Source: Malacoraja senta | Lineage: Eukaryota | Direction: 5' to 3' | Length of the DNA stretch: 64,000 nt | Assembly: GCA_038087875.1 (NCBI GenBank) | Contig: CM075997.1 | Coordinates: 7,380,001 to 7,444,000 of the forward strand | Part shown: piece after piece, positions 25,900 through 39,060 of the stretch | Layout: each line of letters opens with the position of its first letter | Position numbering within the stretch: the first letter of the stretch is position 1 | Translations under genes and position numbers: made by a program | Notes under the pieces: generated by a model | Databases searched by the model: none | What the model saw: only the letters and a program-made list of their open reading frames with translations | Told to the model about the DNA's origin: nothing

Positions 25900-27315
25900 G
25901 TAAGACCTGTAATATATACTAAGGTAGACAAAAATGCTGGGGAAATTCAGCGGGTCAGGCAGCATCTATGGAGAGAACCAAGGCTCTCGAACCGAAACGT
26001 CGCCCATTCCTTCTCTCCATAGATGCTGCCTCACCCGCTGAGTTTCTCCAGCATTTTTGTCTACCTTTGATTTTTCTAGCATCTGCAGTTCTTTCTTAAA
26101 CATTGTAATGTAAACACTGCCCTGTCCATCATCGGCTCTGACCTCCCCACCATCGAGGGGATCTGTCGCAGTTGCTGCCTCAAAAAGGCTGCCAACATCA
26201 TCTAGAACCCACACCATCCTGGCCGCACACTCATCTCTCTGCTGCCTTCAGGAGCAGAGAGATGAGAAGGTACAGGAGCCTGACATCTGCAACATCCAGG
26301 TTCAGGAACAGCTGCTTCCCCACAGCCATCAGACTATTAAACACAACTTCAAACAAACTCTGAACTATAACAGCCTATTGCACTTTATTTATGTGTGTAT
26401 ATATATATTCTATGGTATATGGACACACTGATCTGTTCTGTATTTATGCCTACAATATTTTGTTGTGCTGCAGCAAACAAGAATGTCATTGTCCTCTCTG
26501 GGACACATGACAATAAACTCTCTTGACTTGACTTGACTTGTATACTATATTCATTTACAGCGGTATTTATTTATAATTCCCATAAAGTGCTAACATTTGT
26601 CTTAATTAAAATGACATTAACAAAACTTAAGCATTTGTTTTTATACATTGCCTGTGTCTAGCCTACGAGGTTAATTCATTATCAGCTGACCCATTCCACA
26701 GTGAAATTACACTATTCATTCTGGCATTTTAAAACCCTAATATTGGATAGGGTCTGATTTCATTGTACATCATATAAAAATTCAGGTTCATGAGTAAATG
26801 CTTGCTACCTTTCTTTATGTACAAGGATATCGTACCATATTTTACAGTTTGGGTTCTGATGCTATGTCCTCAACCAATCCTTTCATATGTGCAGTCATGT
26901 AAGTTATGTGTAAATCATGAGATTACATTTCCAGTCAAACATCTTATGATTTGTTCTGCAAACATGAGACATGTAACTGATGCAGACATAAAAGAGACAT
27001 ATTAGTGGTCAGAGTACATTTTGAGAATATCTGTATGACATTTTTATGCGGCGTGCTGGTACAGGGAAAAATATACTCGTGAAATTTTGTAGCACTCTAT
27101 GAGATTAAGATTGCAATAGAATTGGTAGCGGTCTTGAAAAGGCTCGATGTGAGCAGTGGAGTGCCGTGGGAAGGGAAATGTATAAGATTCACAACTGCCT
27201 TATTGAAACATTTTATTTTCTTAGTCCTAAATGGGTAACCTAAAGCTCTAAAGAAGAATGGCTTTAAAGTATAAGAGTCAGGAAGTCACGTTACAGCTTT
27301 ATAGCTCTTTGGTCA

Positions 27316-27898
27316 AGGGCCTGTCCCACTTGGACGACCTAATCCACGAGTTTAGAAGACCCTAGATGAGTTGAAAAAAATGTCAAGGCCGCGTTGACTC
27401 GCCGAAGTAAAAGACCTCCTACGACCTCCTACGACAATGCCGACGACCTCCTATGGCTATGTCTACGACCTCCTATGACCCCCCTTGACCTCAGTCTTCC
27501 AAACCTAAGACCAACCGCCAGGCTATGAGTGGAAAATGATCACATCATAAAATAATGTCATGGTTGCAATTTTTTCTCGGGCTAGTTACCGACCTACGAC
27601 TACCCACGACTATCTATGACTACCTACGACTACCATCACAACCTACCTACGACCTACCCATGAGTACAAAGTATCAATTGTTTCCATTCCGACCTTTTTT
27701 TTACTCATGGACATTTTGTATCAGGCTGGAAAAAACGCCGCAACCTACTTGAGGCCACGAGTACGCGGAGACCACTCACGAGCATGAGGAAGAGTTACGA
27801 AGACCTTCTACGACCTCGTGGCGACCTTGCTGCGAGTATGTGTCAAGGGCAAACTCGGCAGAGGTCGCCAATTAGGTTGTGAAAGTGGGACAGGGGCT
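27316..27898. mobile_element. MITE, same TIR family (long), inserted in CR1
   Basis: TIRs; flanks TCA/TAA. Confidence 0.8.
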
Positions 27899-28551
27899 TA
27901 AGGCCGCATTTGGAGCATTGTCTGCAGTTCCAGTTGCTTCTGTTCAGGAAGGTTGTGAAGGCTTTGGAGAAGGTGAAAAAAAAGGTTTACCAGAATGCTG
28001 CTTGGATTAGAGGGTATTACTTGTAAGGAGAGGTTGGAACAGTTTAAAGCAGATGTATGGGGCAAATTTACAGAGAGAGTGGAATGTGTTGCCAGGCGTG
28101 GTGGTGGAGGTAGATACCATGGTGTCAATTGGGGCTTTTAAATAGGCACATGGATATGCCGAGAATAGAGGAATATGGATCCTGTGAGGGTAGAGGAGAA
28201 TAATTTAACTTGGCATCATTGTGGGTATGGACCTGTGTGGTCATGTTCCATGTAATGCTCTATTACAAGTGCAGAGTCTTATTGTTATGTTTAAAAAGGA
28301 ACTGCAGATGCTGGAAAATCAAAGGTAGACAAAAATGCTGGAGAATCTCAGCGGGTGAGGCAGCATCTATGGAGCGAAGGAAATAGGCAACGTTTCGGGT
28401 CGAGACCCTTCTTCAAACTTATTGTTATGATCATACTTTGAATATAATTATGGTGTTGTCAGCAAAGAATGTAATTTGGGTGACTGAGGCTTATATCCTG
28501 AACTGATATTTGTTTCATTTCTCTTCTGATCCAACCCCCATCTTTTTATAG

Positions 28552-28678
28552 AGAAGCAAGAATTTGTTTTACTCCTTGGGACTGAAGATCTGTCTGATGT
28601 GCCAATTATACCAATGGGCATTATGCTTAGCCACGTGAATTCAATGGCCTACATATGGGGAAACTTTTTATTCAGCAG
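28552..28678 (+). CDS. CATSPERG: CATSPERG exon G (127 nt, phase 1-2): EKQEFVLLLGTEDLSDVPIIPMGIMLSHVNSMAYIWGNFLFS
   Basis: ttatag|...|gtaata. Aligns to EFLMILGTE...PKGI...IWGNFLLQS. Confidence 0.9.
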
Positions 28679-29699
28679 GTAATAAATGTGTCCTTATCTG
28701 TTGTATTCAGTTCATTCACTAAATTACACAATAATGAACTGAGAAGTATACTGGATGCCAAAATAGAGTTATAAGCTCAATGTTAATGCCAAGAAGATAC
28801 AGCTGCAGCATTGGAAGCCACATAGCTTGGAATATGTTTCTTTATCTTGGAAGATTGATATTGTCTGTACTTTCAGTGCTCCATCCCACCAGTCCATTAC
28901 TTTTCATTTAGGTGTTAGAAACATTGAAAATAGGTGCAGGAGAAGGCCATCCGGCCCTTTGAGCCAGCACCGCCATTCATTGTGATCATGGCTGATCGTC
29001 CCCAATCAATAACCCGTGCCTGCCTTCTCCCCATATCCCTTGATTCCACTAGCCCCTTGAGCTATATATAACTTTTTTAACTGCTTGATTGTTTAAAGAA
29101 AAAAGTAACATATGGAGATACTAAAGACTGCAGTGCTGGTCACCCTTTTACATTAGGTAATTATTATTATTATAATAATATTATCATTGGCACAGTGGTA
29201 GTTGCTACCTTACAGCGCCAGGGACCTGACCAAGGGTGCTGTCTGTACGGAGTTTGTACACTCTCCCCATGACCTGTGTGGGTTTTCTCCGAGACCTCCG
29301 GTTTCCTCCCACACTCCAAAGACGTACAGGTCTGTAGGTTAATTGGCTTTGGTAATATTAATTGTAAATTGTCCCTAGTGTGCAGGACAGTGTTAGTGTG
29401 CCGGGATCGCTGGTCGGAGCGCACTCGGTAGGCCGTCGGACCAGTTTCTGCGCTGTATCTCTAAACTAAACTAGAAATACTGGAATCTGGAGCAGGTAAA
29501 GAACTGCTGCAGGAAATCTGCAGTCACGCAGCATCTGTGAAAAGAAAATGCACAGTGGGAATCATGGGGCAAAAAGTTGACAAGTGATACATGGATCCAG
29601 GTGAGGTTGATTTGCAGATGATCTCAGGTAGGGGGTGGATGAGTGGAGATGGCCACAAGGGTTGGGAGGTCACCTCTACACTGTAGCAGCTAGACAGCA

Positions 29700-30880
29700 A
29701 CTGTCAGATGCCTACCTCTGGTCCATCACCCTATCGACAATCATCGGGTCACTATCTCATCACTTCAGGAGATCTTTCCAAATACTCCACCTTCTAACCG
29801 GATAGTCCCACAACCCCCGTGCCTCCCATTTCTATATCCTAGCCAAGATTCACAAATAGGGGTGCCTGGTAGACCCATTGTTCCTACCTGTTCTTGCCCC
29901 TTACTATCTAATGGCGTCAAGGTGGGAAAAGGGGAAGTACAACGGGATCTGGGGGTCCTTCTTCATCAGTCTATGAAAGTAAGCATGCAGGTACAGCAGG
30001 CAGTGAAGAAAGCAAATAGCATGTTGGCCTTCATAACAAGAGGAGTCGAGTATAGGAGCAAAGAGGTACTGCAGTTGTACAGGGCCCTAGTGAGACCACA
30101 CCTGGAGTATTGTGTGCAGTTTTGGTCCCCTAATTTGAGGAAGGACATTCTTGCTATTGAGGGAGTGCAGTGTAAGTTTACAAGGTTAATTCCAGAGGAA
30201 GGCGGGACTGTCATATGTTGAGAGAATGGAGCGCTGGGCTTGTACACACTGGAGTTTAGAAGGATGGGATCTTATTGAAACATATAAGATTGTTATGGGT
30301 TTGGACACCCTAGAGGCAGGAAATATGTTCCCGATGTTGGGGGAGTCCAGAACCAGGGGCCACAGTTTAAGAATAAGGGATAAGCCATTTAGAACGGAGA
30401 TGAGGAAACACTTTTTCTCACAGAGCATTATGAGTCTGTGGAATTCTCTGCCTCAAAGGGCGGTGGAGGCAGGTTCTCTGGATGCTTTCAAGAGAGCTCT
30501 TAAAGATAGTGGAGTCAGGGGATATGGGGAGAAGGCAGGAACGGGGTACTGATTGGGGATGATCAGCCATGATCACATTGAATGGTGGTGCTGGCTCGAA
30601 GGGCCGAATGTACTACTCCTGCACCTATTATCTATTGTCTATTGGCCTATTGTCTATTGCCCCACTGAATATATCACCTCCCTTGTCCAGTCCCTTCCCA
30701 CTTTTATCAAGGACATTTTGCATGGTCTCCACCATTTTAACAATTTCTAGTTCCTCAACTAGTTTTTACTAGTCCCATCACACAGATTCCCCTCAGGAAG
30801 GTTTTAGGTCTCTCCATTTCTTTCTAGGAATATAGATCTACAGTGACCAACTCCCATCTCCTAACACTCCTCTCTGCCCG
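29700..30880 (+). mobile_element. Decayed Penelope-like RT fragment split by a CR1 3' fragment (29901-30656)
   Basis: KIHK..PGRPIVPTCSCP resumes after the CR1 as PTEY..LVQSLPTFIKD; TTGCCCC duplicated at 29894-29900 and 30657-30663. Confidence 0.7.
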
Positions 30881-31090
30881 GTAACATTTATTCTTTTTTT
30901 TATTTATTTTTTTATGTTAGACTAACAGACGTGCACCCAGCTCCTCTCCCGAAAAACTTCACGATTTATCGTGTAAAATGGGTCCGAAAATCGGGATTGT
31001 TTTTAAAAACCTTACCGGAGCTTCTGGTTACCGCGCTGATGACGTCATCGTTAAACGCGATGTTTTAAACGGTGGTTTGAAGCCCTTTAG

Positions 31091-32161
31091 ATGAGTAAAT
31101 TGCCTCCAGCTGTGAGCCCTCAGAGAGCTGTGAATAAGCTGTCGAAAAAGTTCGAAGCAGAAGTTACCTCTGAAGTCTCTGAAGTGGCTGCAGAAATGGA
31201 TACAAGATCTAAGAAAGACTTTGATGACTTGAAGAAATCAATGAAAAATTTGAAAGATGAGATCTCGGATAATAGGGTGGAAGATAAGAAGGAAATGAAG
31301 GAAAATTCGGCAAAAATGATGGAAGGAATGGAGAAGATGATGAAGGATTTAAACGCTGGTAACCAGAAGAATATGACGGATTTACTGGACATTATGAATA
31401 AACGAATTGATGAGGTGAAAGATGGACTATCAGAGAAAATGGATAAGATGGATGTAATTACTACGGATAAGTTCACGGCTGTACTTGAAACAGTAGCTGC
31501 AAGTATGCACACAATCACGGAATTGGAGAAAAACACGGCTCGACTGGTTGAAGACATGGCGAAATTGAGGCAAGAACATGAGCAAATGAGGCGAGAAAAC
31601 GAACAAGCATCACTACAAATGGGGACTCAATTAGAGAAAGTCTCATTCAAATGCCTGGACCTGGAAGCTCGCTCTAGACGCCAGAATTTGAGAATTCTTG
31701 GTGTTTCAGAGGGGGCAGAAGGGGAACAGGTACGTGAATTTGCCATGGGCTTGTTGAAACAACTGTTGAATCTTTCCAAGGAACCGAAAATCGAAGTGGC
31801 TCATCGTGTCCCAAGATTTGGAAAAAGATCTGATGCGGGAAAAGCTTATCCACGACATATTATAGTGAAATTTCGAGATACTGCAGAACTGGAATACGTT
31901 ATGAGTAAAATCAAATATGGTGTACAATTACGGCTGGACAAGGACACTATTAAGATATTCAGGGACTACCCACATGAAATTGTGCAAAAAAGAAACAAAT
32001 TTGATAAGGTTAAAGATCTTTTAAGAGGGAGAGAAGGGGTCAGATTTGGTTTTTTTTATCCCGCGAAAATGCGTATTTCCTTTAATGGTCTTGAAAAGTC
32101 ATTTGTTAAGCCTGAAGACGCTTTCAAATATGCCCAAACGATTGTTGAAAAACAGAAATAA
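31091..32161 (+). CDS. L1 ORF1p (356 aa): coiled coil, RRM and C-terminal domain
   Basis: Motifs LEARSRRQNLRILGV, IEVAHRV, PRHIIVKF, IFRDYP and FYPAKMRI are typical of L1 ORF1. Confidence 0.93.
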   Translation: MSKLPPAVSPQRAVNKLSKKFEAEVTSEVSEVAAEMDTRSKKDFDDLKKSMKNLKDEISDNRVEDKKEMKENSAKMMEGMEKMMKDLNAGNQKNMTDLLDIMNKRIDEVKDGLSEKMDKMDVITTDKFTAVLETVAASMHTITELEKNTARLVEDMAKLRQEHEQMRRENEQASLQMGTQLEKVSFKCLDLEARSRRQNLRILGVSEGAEGEQVREFAMGLLKQLLNLSKEPKIEVAHRVPRFGKRSDAGKAYPRHIIVKFRDTAELEYVMSKIKYGVQLRLDKDTIKIFRDYPHEIVQKRNKFDKVKDLLRGREGVRFGFFYPAKMRISFNGLEKSFVKPEDAFKYAQTIVEKQK

Positions 32162-32937
32162 AAGGGAGCTTTGGCAGATCCGAATAATTCTCAGCTATGT
32201 TTTGTCTGGGGATAGTTACACTGTTATCTCTGGAATGTTGAAGCAAGGACATTTTCTGTTCAAAACGTGTAAACAACTTTACAGCTGGAATATGAATTAG
32301 AAAATAATTGCTTATTGATTAAAATGTTATAACCAATTGTAAGAACTTATCCTATTAACAACTTTAAAAGTTATGCAGGTTAGATTAGAATACTAACAAA
32401 AAAAACAAAAAAATAATGAACTAACATACTAATAAGCGGGAGGAGGGGATGAGAAACGAGCTCCTGGCTTATGTCCAGGAGCACGTCTCGTTAACCCCTT
32501 CAACCAACAGTTGATTCTTATTGAAATCAAAAATATTGGTTTAATAATTAAACTCTGATATATATATATATGTTATAAGGAAATATCAGGGTAAAATTGT
32601 ATTATATATCTGAATGTGAGGCCTCGTTTTAATATTTTAATATGTTATGATTAACTAAGAGAGCGGAGCTAGTTGAGCAACAACGCAATGGAAGTCAAAA
32701 TAAGGTTTTTTCCCACCTACAGGTGGGTCACTCGCTACAGTGCCGACTATAGACACTGTAGCCTCACTTTTTTAGTTTTTTTTTTATCACATAAAATCAC
32801 TTGTTTGTGTTTTGTGTTTAGTGATAAGAGTAATATGGACATACCAACAAAAGTTAATAATTCAAAAACTCCCCCAATACCTAAAGACCTGGGACATGGA
32901 CGCACCACAAGATTCAAAGGTACTATAATTATTCAAA

Positions 32938-35900
32938 ATGCATGACACCACACAAAAGAACCTAGGAGGAATCTCATTTTGTAGTTGGACTATAAGAGGT
33001 ATTAACGAACCTATCAAAAGGGGTAAGATATTAGCTCAGCTAAAAATGTATAATTCTGACATTACCTTCCTACAAGAAACACACCTAAAACCTCAGGACC
33101 AAGTTAGGCTGAGGGCGAAATGGATAGGTCAAACATACCACTCTTCATTCACTTCAAAATCTAGAGGCACGTCAATTATCATAAGAAAAGGTATACCATT
33201 TAAAGCAAAGAATATTATAACAGATATAGAAGGGAGATACCTAATAGTTAATGGAGAAATCCATGACACTCCACTTACTTTGGTAAATATATATGCCCCT
33301 AACTTTGATAACCCCCACTTTTTCAATAAAATCTTCAATATAATTGCAGAGTCAAACTATCAAAATGTTATAATAGGCGGAGACTTTAACTGTGTTTTAG
33401 ATCCGTACTTAGATAAATCAAGTCAAAAACAGAGAGGGAATATGAAATCGAAAACTGGGGAACTCCTCAATACCTACATAAATAACACTAATATAGCAGA
33501 TGTTTGGAGAATTGTGAATCCAACTGGCAGGGAATATTCGTTTTACTCAATGGTACATAAGACATACTCACGTATAGACTACTTTCTGCTGGATACAAAA
33601 TTAATCCCCCAAACATCTAATGCAATATACCATACAAATTCAATTTCAGACCATTCTCCACTAACTTTCTTTGTAAAACTGGAAGGATTGTCTAAGAATA
33701 ATTCATTCTGGAGATTTAACTCTCAAATTTTAAAAGATCCACAAGCGAGTATATATTTAAAAGAACAAATGGAGGTCTTTTTTCAAACAAATGATACTTC
33801 AGATATATCGCCTACTTTACTTTGGGAATCTTTTAAAGCATACATTAGGGGTATTATAATTTCATATCAAGCTTTTCAAAATAAAAAGAATAAGAATGAA
33901 CAAAGACAGTTAGAAGAACTTATTAGACAAATGGATATAGATAATGCTAAAGATCCATCAATAGATAAACATAATAAAATAATAATTTTAAAATTTAAAT
34001 TAAATAAATTATTATCTGCCAAACTTATAAGACTTTTTCAAATTACAAAACAAGAGCACTTTGAATTTGGGGATAAACCGCATAAACTTTTGGCTCGCCA
34101 GCTAAAAAAACGAGAAAAGGAACATACTATACCAAAGATCAAATCAGATAAAGGGGAATTATTAACAACACCGAAGGATATTAATAAAAGATTTGCGCAA
34201 TTTTACGAGAATTTGTATACATCTAAAACGATAATTGATTCCAATAATATCACAAAGTTCTTGGATACCTGTAATCTTCCAAAGTTAGAGCTGAAGGAAC
34301 AAGAGGAACTGGGTGCACAAATCTCAATTAAGGAATTAGAAGATACAATAAACTCACTAAAAAATGGAAAAACACCAGGCCCTGATGGATTTACTAATGA
34401 ATTTTATAAAAGCTTTTATGATAAAATAATACCAAGATTACAAAAAATGTACCAATACGCTTTTAAAAAACGAATACTACCTGATACATTAGCGGAATCA
34501 ACGATTACATTAATACCTAAGAAAAATAAAGATTTAGAAGAACCTGGCTCATATAGAGCTATAGCATTGTTAAACACAGATCAAAAAATATTAGCGAAAA
34601 CATTAGCTAGAAGATTAAGTAAATACATTAGTAAATTAATAAACCCAGATCAGACAGGGTTTATCCCTAAGAGATACTCTTCTAATAATATGAGACGTCT
34701 ACTCAACATAATGCACTCACACAAATCTGAAGATCAAGAATTATCAATTATTTCGCTGGATGCTGAAAAAGCATTTGATCAAGTAGAATGGAATTATATG
34801 GATAAAGTATTACAAAAATTTCAACTGGGAGAGAATTTTATTTTATGGATTAAGTTACTATATAACAAACCTACAGCTAGAATACTTACTAATAACATAT
34901 TATCCTCGAAATTTCAACTATCAAGGGGAAATAGACAAGGATGCTCATTATCACCACAGCTGTTTGCTCTCATTATTGAACCGCTAGCAGAAAAAATTAG
35001 AATACACCCTGATATTCATGGATATAATACTAAAGACTCATATAATAAAATATCTTTATACGCGGATGATATATTATTGTATATTACAAAACCTCAAATC
35101 ACTATACCAAATATATTAAATTTAATTGAAGACTTCGGATCTTTTTCTGGATATAGAATAAATTGGAATAAAAGTGAAATTATGTCAATAAAACCGAAAG
35201 ATTCAACACATCTTTTAAAATTCCCTTTTAAAATAGCTACAGAAAAATTTAAATATTTGGGAATCGAAATTACCAGAACATATCAAGGTATGTTCAGGGC
35301 AAATTTTGACCCCCTACTTAATAAACTGAATACATTAATTAAATTCTGGAAAACGCTCCCGATGTCTTTAATAGGCCGAATAAACGCAATAAAAATGATC
35401 TTTTTACCACAAATTTTATACCTATTTCAATCAATTCCTATATACTTACCTAAGACGTTTTTTAAAAAACTCGACTCAGATATCACTAATTTTATATGGG
35501 ACTATAAATCACATAGAATACAAAAAACCCATCTGAATAAATCTAAAGTATTGGGGGGGTCTAGCACTACCTAATTTTATGTATTATTATTGGTCAGTAA
35601 ATATTAAAAACATGATTCAACTGATGGATAACTCCGCCCAGCAAGTAGACTGGATTGTAATGGAGAAAGAGGATTGCTCCTCTAGAAACATTGGAGCGAT
35701 CCTCCTCTCTCCAATGAAATTGAATAACATAAACTATAATAAGAACCCAATTATTCATAGTACAATCCGTATTTGGAAACAAATAAAACAAAATTTAAAA
35801 TTAAGAAACTTATCACTTTTATTACCTATAGTCAATAACCCTTCGTTTAGTCCTTCTATTATAGATAAAGCTTATACACAATGGGATAGACTAGGAATTA

Positions 35901-36730
35901 AAACGCTTGGTGACTTGTATGAAACTGGAAAATTACTTTCATTTCAACAATTACAAATAAAATATAAACTCGGAAATAATCAATATTTTAAATACTTTCA
36001 AATATGCGACTATTTGAAAAAATATACAAAAGATCATCATAATAACCCAGCAGATGTACTGGACGAGGCAATGCAGATAAAAGCGGAATCAGCAAACTTA
36101 ATATCATATTTGTACAATATTATCTTAAATGCACAAATACCATCTACGGAGGGTATCAGAAGAGACTGGGAACAAGAGTTAGCTATTAAAATTTCAAAGG
36201 AAAGTTGGAATGAATACTTATTAAAAGTGCATAAATGCTCGATTAATGTAAGACACACTTTAATACAATTTAAAATTTTACATAAATTATATTATTCGAA
36301 AACTAAAATTCATAAAATTTTCCCAAACGTATCATCTATTTGTGATAAATGTCAATCCCAAGAAGCAACTATAGCGCACTCATTTGTCTTCTGTACAAAA
36401 ATTCAAAAATTTTGGAATGAAATTTTTGAAATCTTTACAAAGTTATTTAAAACAAGACTGATACCCAAAGCAGAATGGATTATCTTCGGAATAATGGAAG
36501 ATGATCCAGAACTAAATGTGTTTCAAAAGAAATTAATGGATTATGGGTTAATAACTGGAAAAAAGCTAATTCTAAAATTTTGGAAGAAGGCTCCAATACC
36601 AACTATAAATATGTGGATTTCAAATATGTTTGAAACATTACACCTTGAAGAGATAAGACTCCTCCTAGCAGGTAAACCAGATCACTTCCACCTGACGTGG
36701 TCTGCATTTATAGAATTATTACAAACATAG
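32938..36730 (+). pseudogene. L1 ORF2p (endonuclease, RT, C-terminal Cys motif), split by one +1 frameshift in a G7 run at 35553-35559
   Basis: Motifs LQETH, GGDFN, SDH, PGPDGF, RQGCSLSP and YADD. Removing one G restores GGLALPNF and joins ORF 35579..36730, which contains CDKC...H...C. Confidence 0.92.
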
Positions 36731-38638
36731 GGTGCAAAAGTACTTTAAAAAAGTAAAAAATTGAGGTCGGGTAAGGGGGGATGATAGTTGAAGAGTTGGT
36801 ATGTCCTATTTACGTGATGCTCAAAAAAAAACATTTGTTTCTCTTTTTTTCTCTTTCTCTTTTCTTTTCTTAGGGCCTATTTCTTAACTCTTTTTCTTTT
36901 TGTTTTTAATTTCGCTCTTATAGGGACTTCGTCCTTTTTTGTTGTTACATTTTCTACACTTTTCTACACTTGCACTTTTTCCTTCACTTTCTTCTCTCTT
37001 TCAATCTTTTCTTTCTCAAGTGTAAAAAAATAAATAAAGGGAGTACATTAATTGTAAGAAGATATAAATGACGAGTATTAATGTATGTGGTTGTAATGTA
37101 ATGTACTTCTAATAAAGTAACATTTATTCTGACCCTGAACAGTCCTGGAGGATGAGGGGTGAGCTTATAGAGATGTATAAGATCATCAGGGGAATAAATA
37201 GGGTGAACACACAGAATCTTTTACCCAGAGTAGGCAAATCAAGAACCAGGGGGTGTAGGTTTAAGGTGAGAAAGGAAATATTTTTAGCCGAGGGACAACT
37301 TCTTCACACTGAGGTGGATATATGGAATAAGCTGCCAGAGGAGGTAGTTGAGGCAGGTTGTGTAGTAGGATTTAAAATACATTTGGACAGGTATATGGAT
37401 AGGAAACATTTAGAGGGATATGGGCCAAATGTGGGCAGGTGGGACTAGTGTAGATGCACCATTTTGGTCGGCATGGGCAATTTGGGCTGAAGGGGCTGTT
37501 TCCATGTTGTATGACCTATGACTCAATTGCCATATAGTTCATGGCCTCTACTCCATGCAGCATTCTGGTAGACCTCTTCTTCACTCCAAAGCTCCACATA
37601 CTTTCTGGAATAAGGTGACCAGAAATGCACACAATATTTCAAATGTGGCCCAACCAGTTTTATGAAACTGCAACATGACTTCCTGACTCTTATTCTCAAT
37701 GTCCCGACTGATGAAGGCAAGCAAGCTATATGCTTTCTTTGCCACTCTTTCACTTGTTTGGCCATTTTTAGGGTGCTATGGACTTGGACCCCAAGATCCC
37801 TCTGCACATTGACGCTATTAAGGTATTGCATTAGCTGTATGCTTTCCCCTTACATTTGACTTCCCAAAGTGCCACAACTCTCACTTGCTCAGCAGGCCTC
37901 AGTCATTTATTGTGCCTTGATGAGTTGAGAGTTGAGAGTTGTGCCTTGATGAACTGGTGGCATATGGAAATGGAGCATAGAAACCAGGTCTTGATGAGAA
38001 TAATGCGAACTTGGGAACCAGGACCATGGTAATCAGGAAGGGAAGGCAAGAACCAAATCCTTGGTGAGTGAGAAGTGAGAATGCCATCCATCATCCAGTG
38101 AGCTATTTTTTGTATCTCAAATTTAACATGCAATATTATATGCAAAGCTGAGAACAGCCAGTGCAAATCTAGAAAACAATTATTTCAACTTGCATCAAGG
38201 CTGTATTTCTCACATGTGAATCCATTTAGATATTATATCACTTTATTCTCTTGACACTGACCTCGGGTAGTCTGAAGAATGGTCTCATTGGTCACCCATT
38301 CCGTCCCTCCAGAGATGCTGCCTGTCCCGTTGAGTTACTCCAGCTTTTTGTGTCTGTTTTCTGGTAATATATCAGATAGCTTCTGCACCACACTGGTGAA
38401 AATAGCCCTCGGAATTGGATAATAACACTATCAATAACCACTGAAATGTAGGTTCTGCTATTTACAGGCTGCCTAAAGATTTCTGTTGGAGACACAGTGT
38501 GACAGGCTCCCTGCCTTTATTTTCTGATGATACATTGTGTAGTTACAGTGGGAGTTGGCTCAGAATGAACAAAAAATATCTTTTGAAACAGGACAGAATA
38601 AATTGCTGAAAAACCAAACCTTTGAAATGTTGTTCTAG

Positions 38639-38753
38639 TTACAATCATGGCACCACATGGTTCGCTATTCCAGGAGTACCGCCTCATGCTCTCATCCGCT
38701 ATTTTATCCATTCGTGGAAAGGAGATTTTATCTTTATGACTGACCTTGAAGAA
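38639..38753 (+). CDS. CATSPERG: CATSPERG exon H (115 nt, phase 2-0): SYNHGTTWFAIPGVPPHALIRYFIHSWKGDFIFMTDLEE
   Basis: ttctag|...|gtaagt. Phase-compatible; aligns to [20 protein letters not shown]. Confidence 0.88.
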
Positions 38754-38823
38754 GTAAGTGATTATTTAACGATGATGATCAGTTTAATTTCCTAAAACAT
38801 AAAATTACGATATGACAGAATAT

Positions 38824-39060
38824 AGGGCCTGTCCCACTTTCACGACCTAATTCACGACCTCTGCCGAGTTTGCCCTTGACTCATACTCGCAGCATGGTCA
38901 TCACGAGGTCGTAGGAGGTCGTAGGTAGGTCGTAGCAGGCCGTGATGCTAGTCGTAGGTACTCGTGGCATCAAGTAGGTCGGGCGTTTTTTCCAGCCTGA
39001 TGAAAAATGTCCATGAGTAAAAAAGGTCGTGAATTAGGTCGTGAAAGTGGGATAGGCCCT
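38824..39060. mobile_element. MITE, same TIR family (short)
   Basis: TIRs; flanks TAT/TAA. Confidence 0.85.

Larger units (their letters stand above)
30895..37116 (+). mobile_element. Near full-length L1-clade LINE with a 14-bp TSD (GTAACATTTATTCT at 30881-30894 and 37117-37130)
   Basis: ORF1, an ~780-nt inter-ORF spacer, ORF2, a T-rich 3' UTR and terminal AATAAA, with exact flanking direct repeats. Confidence 0.95.
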
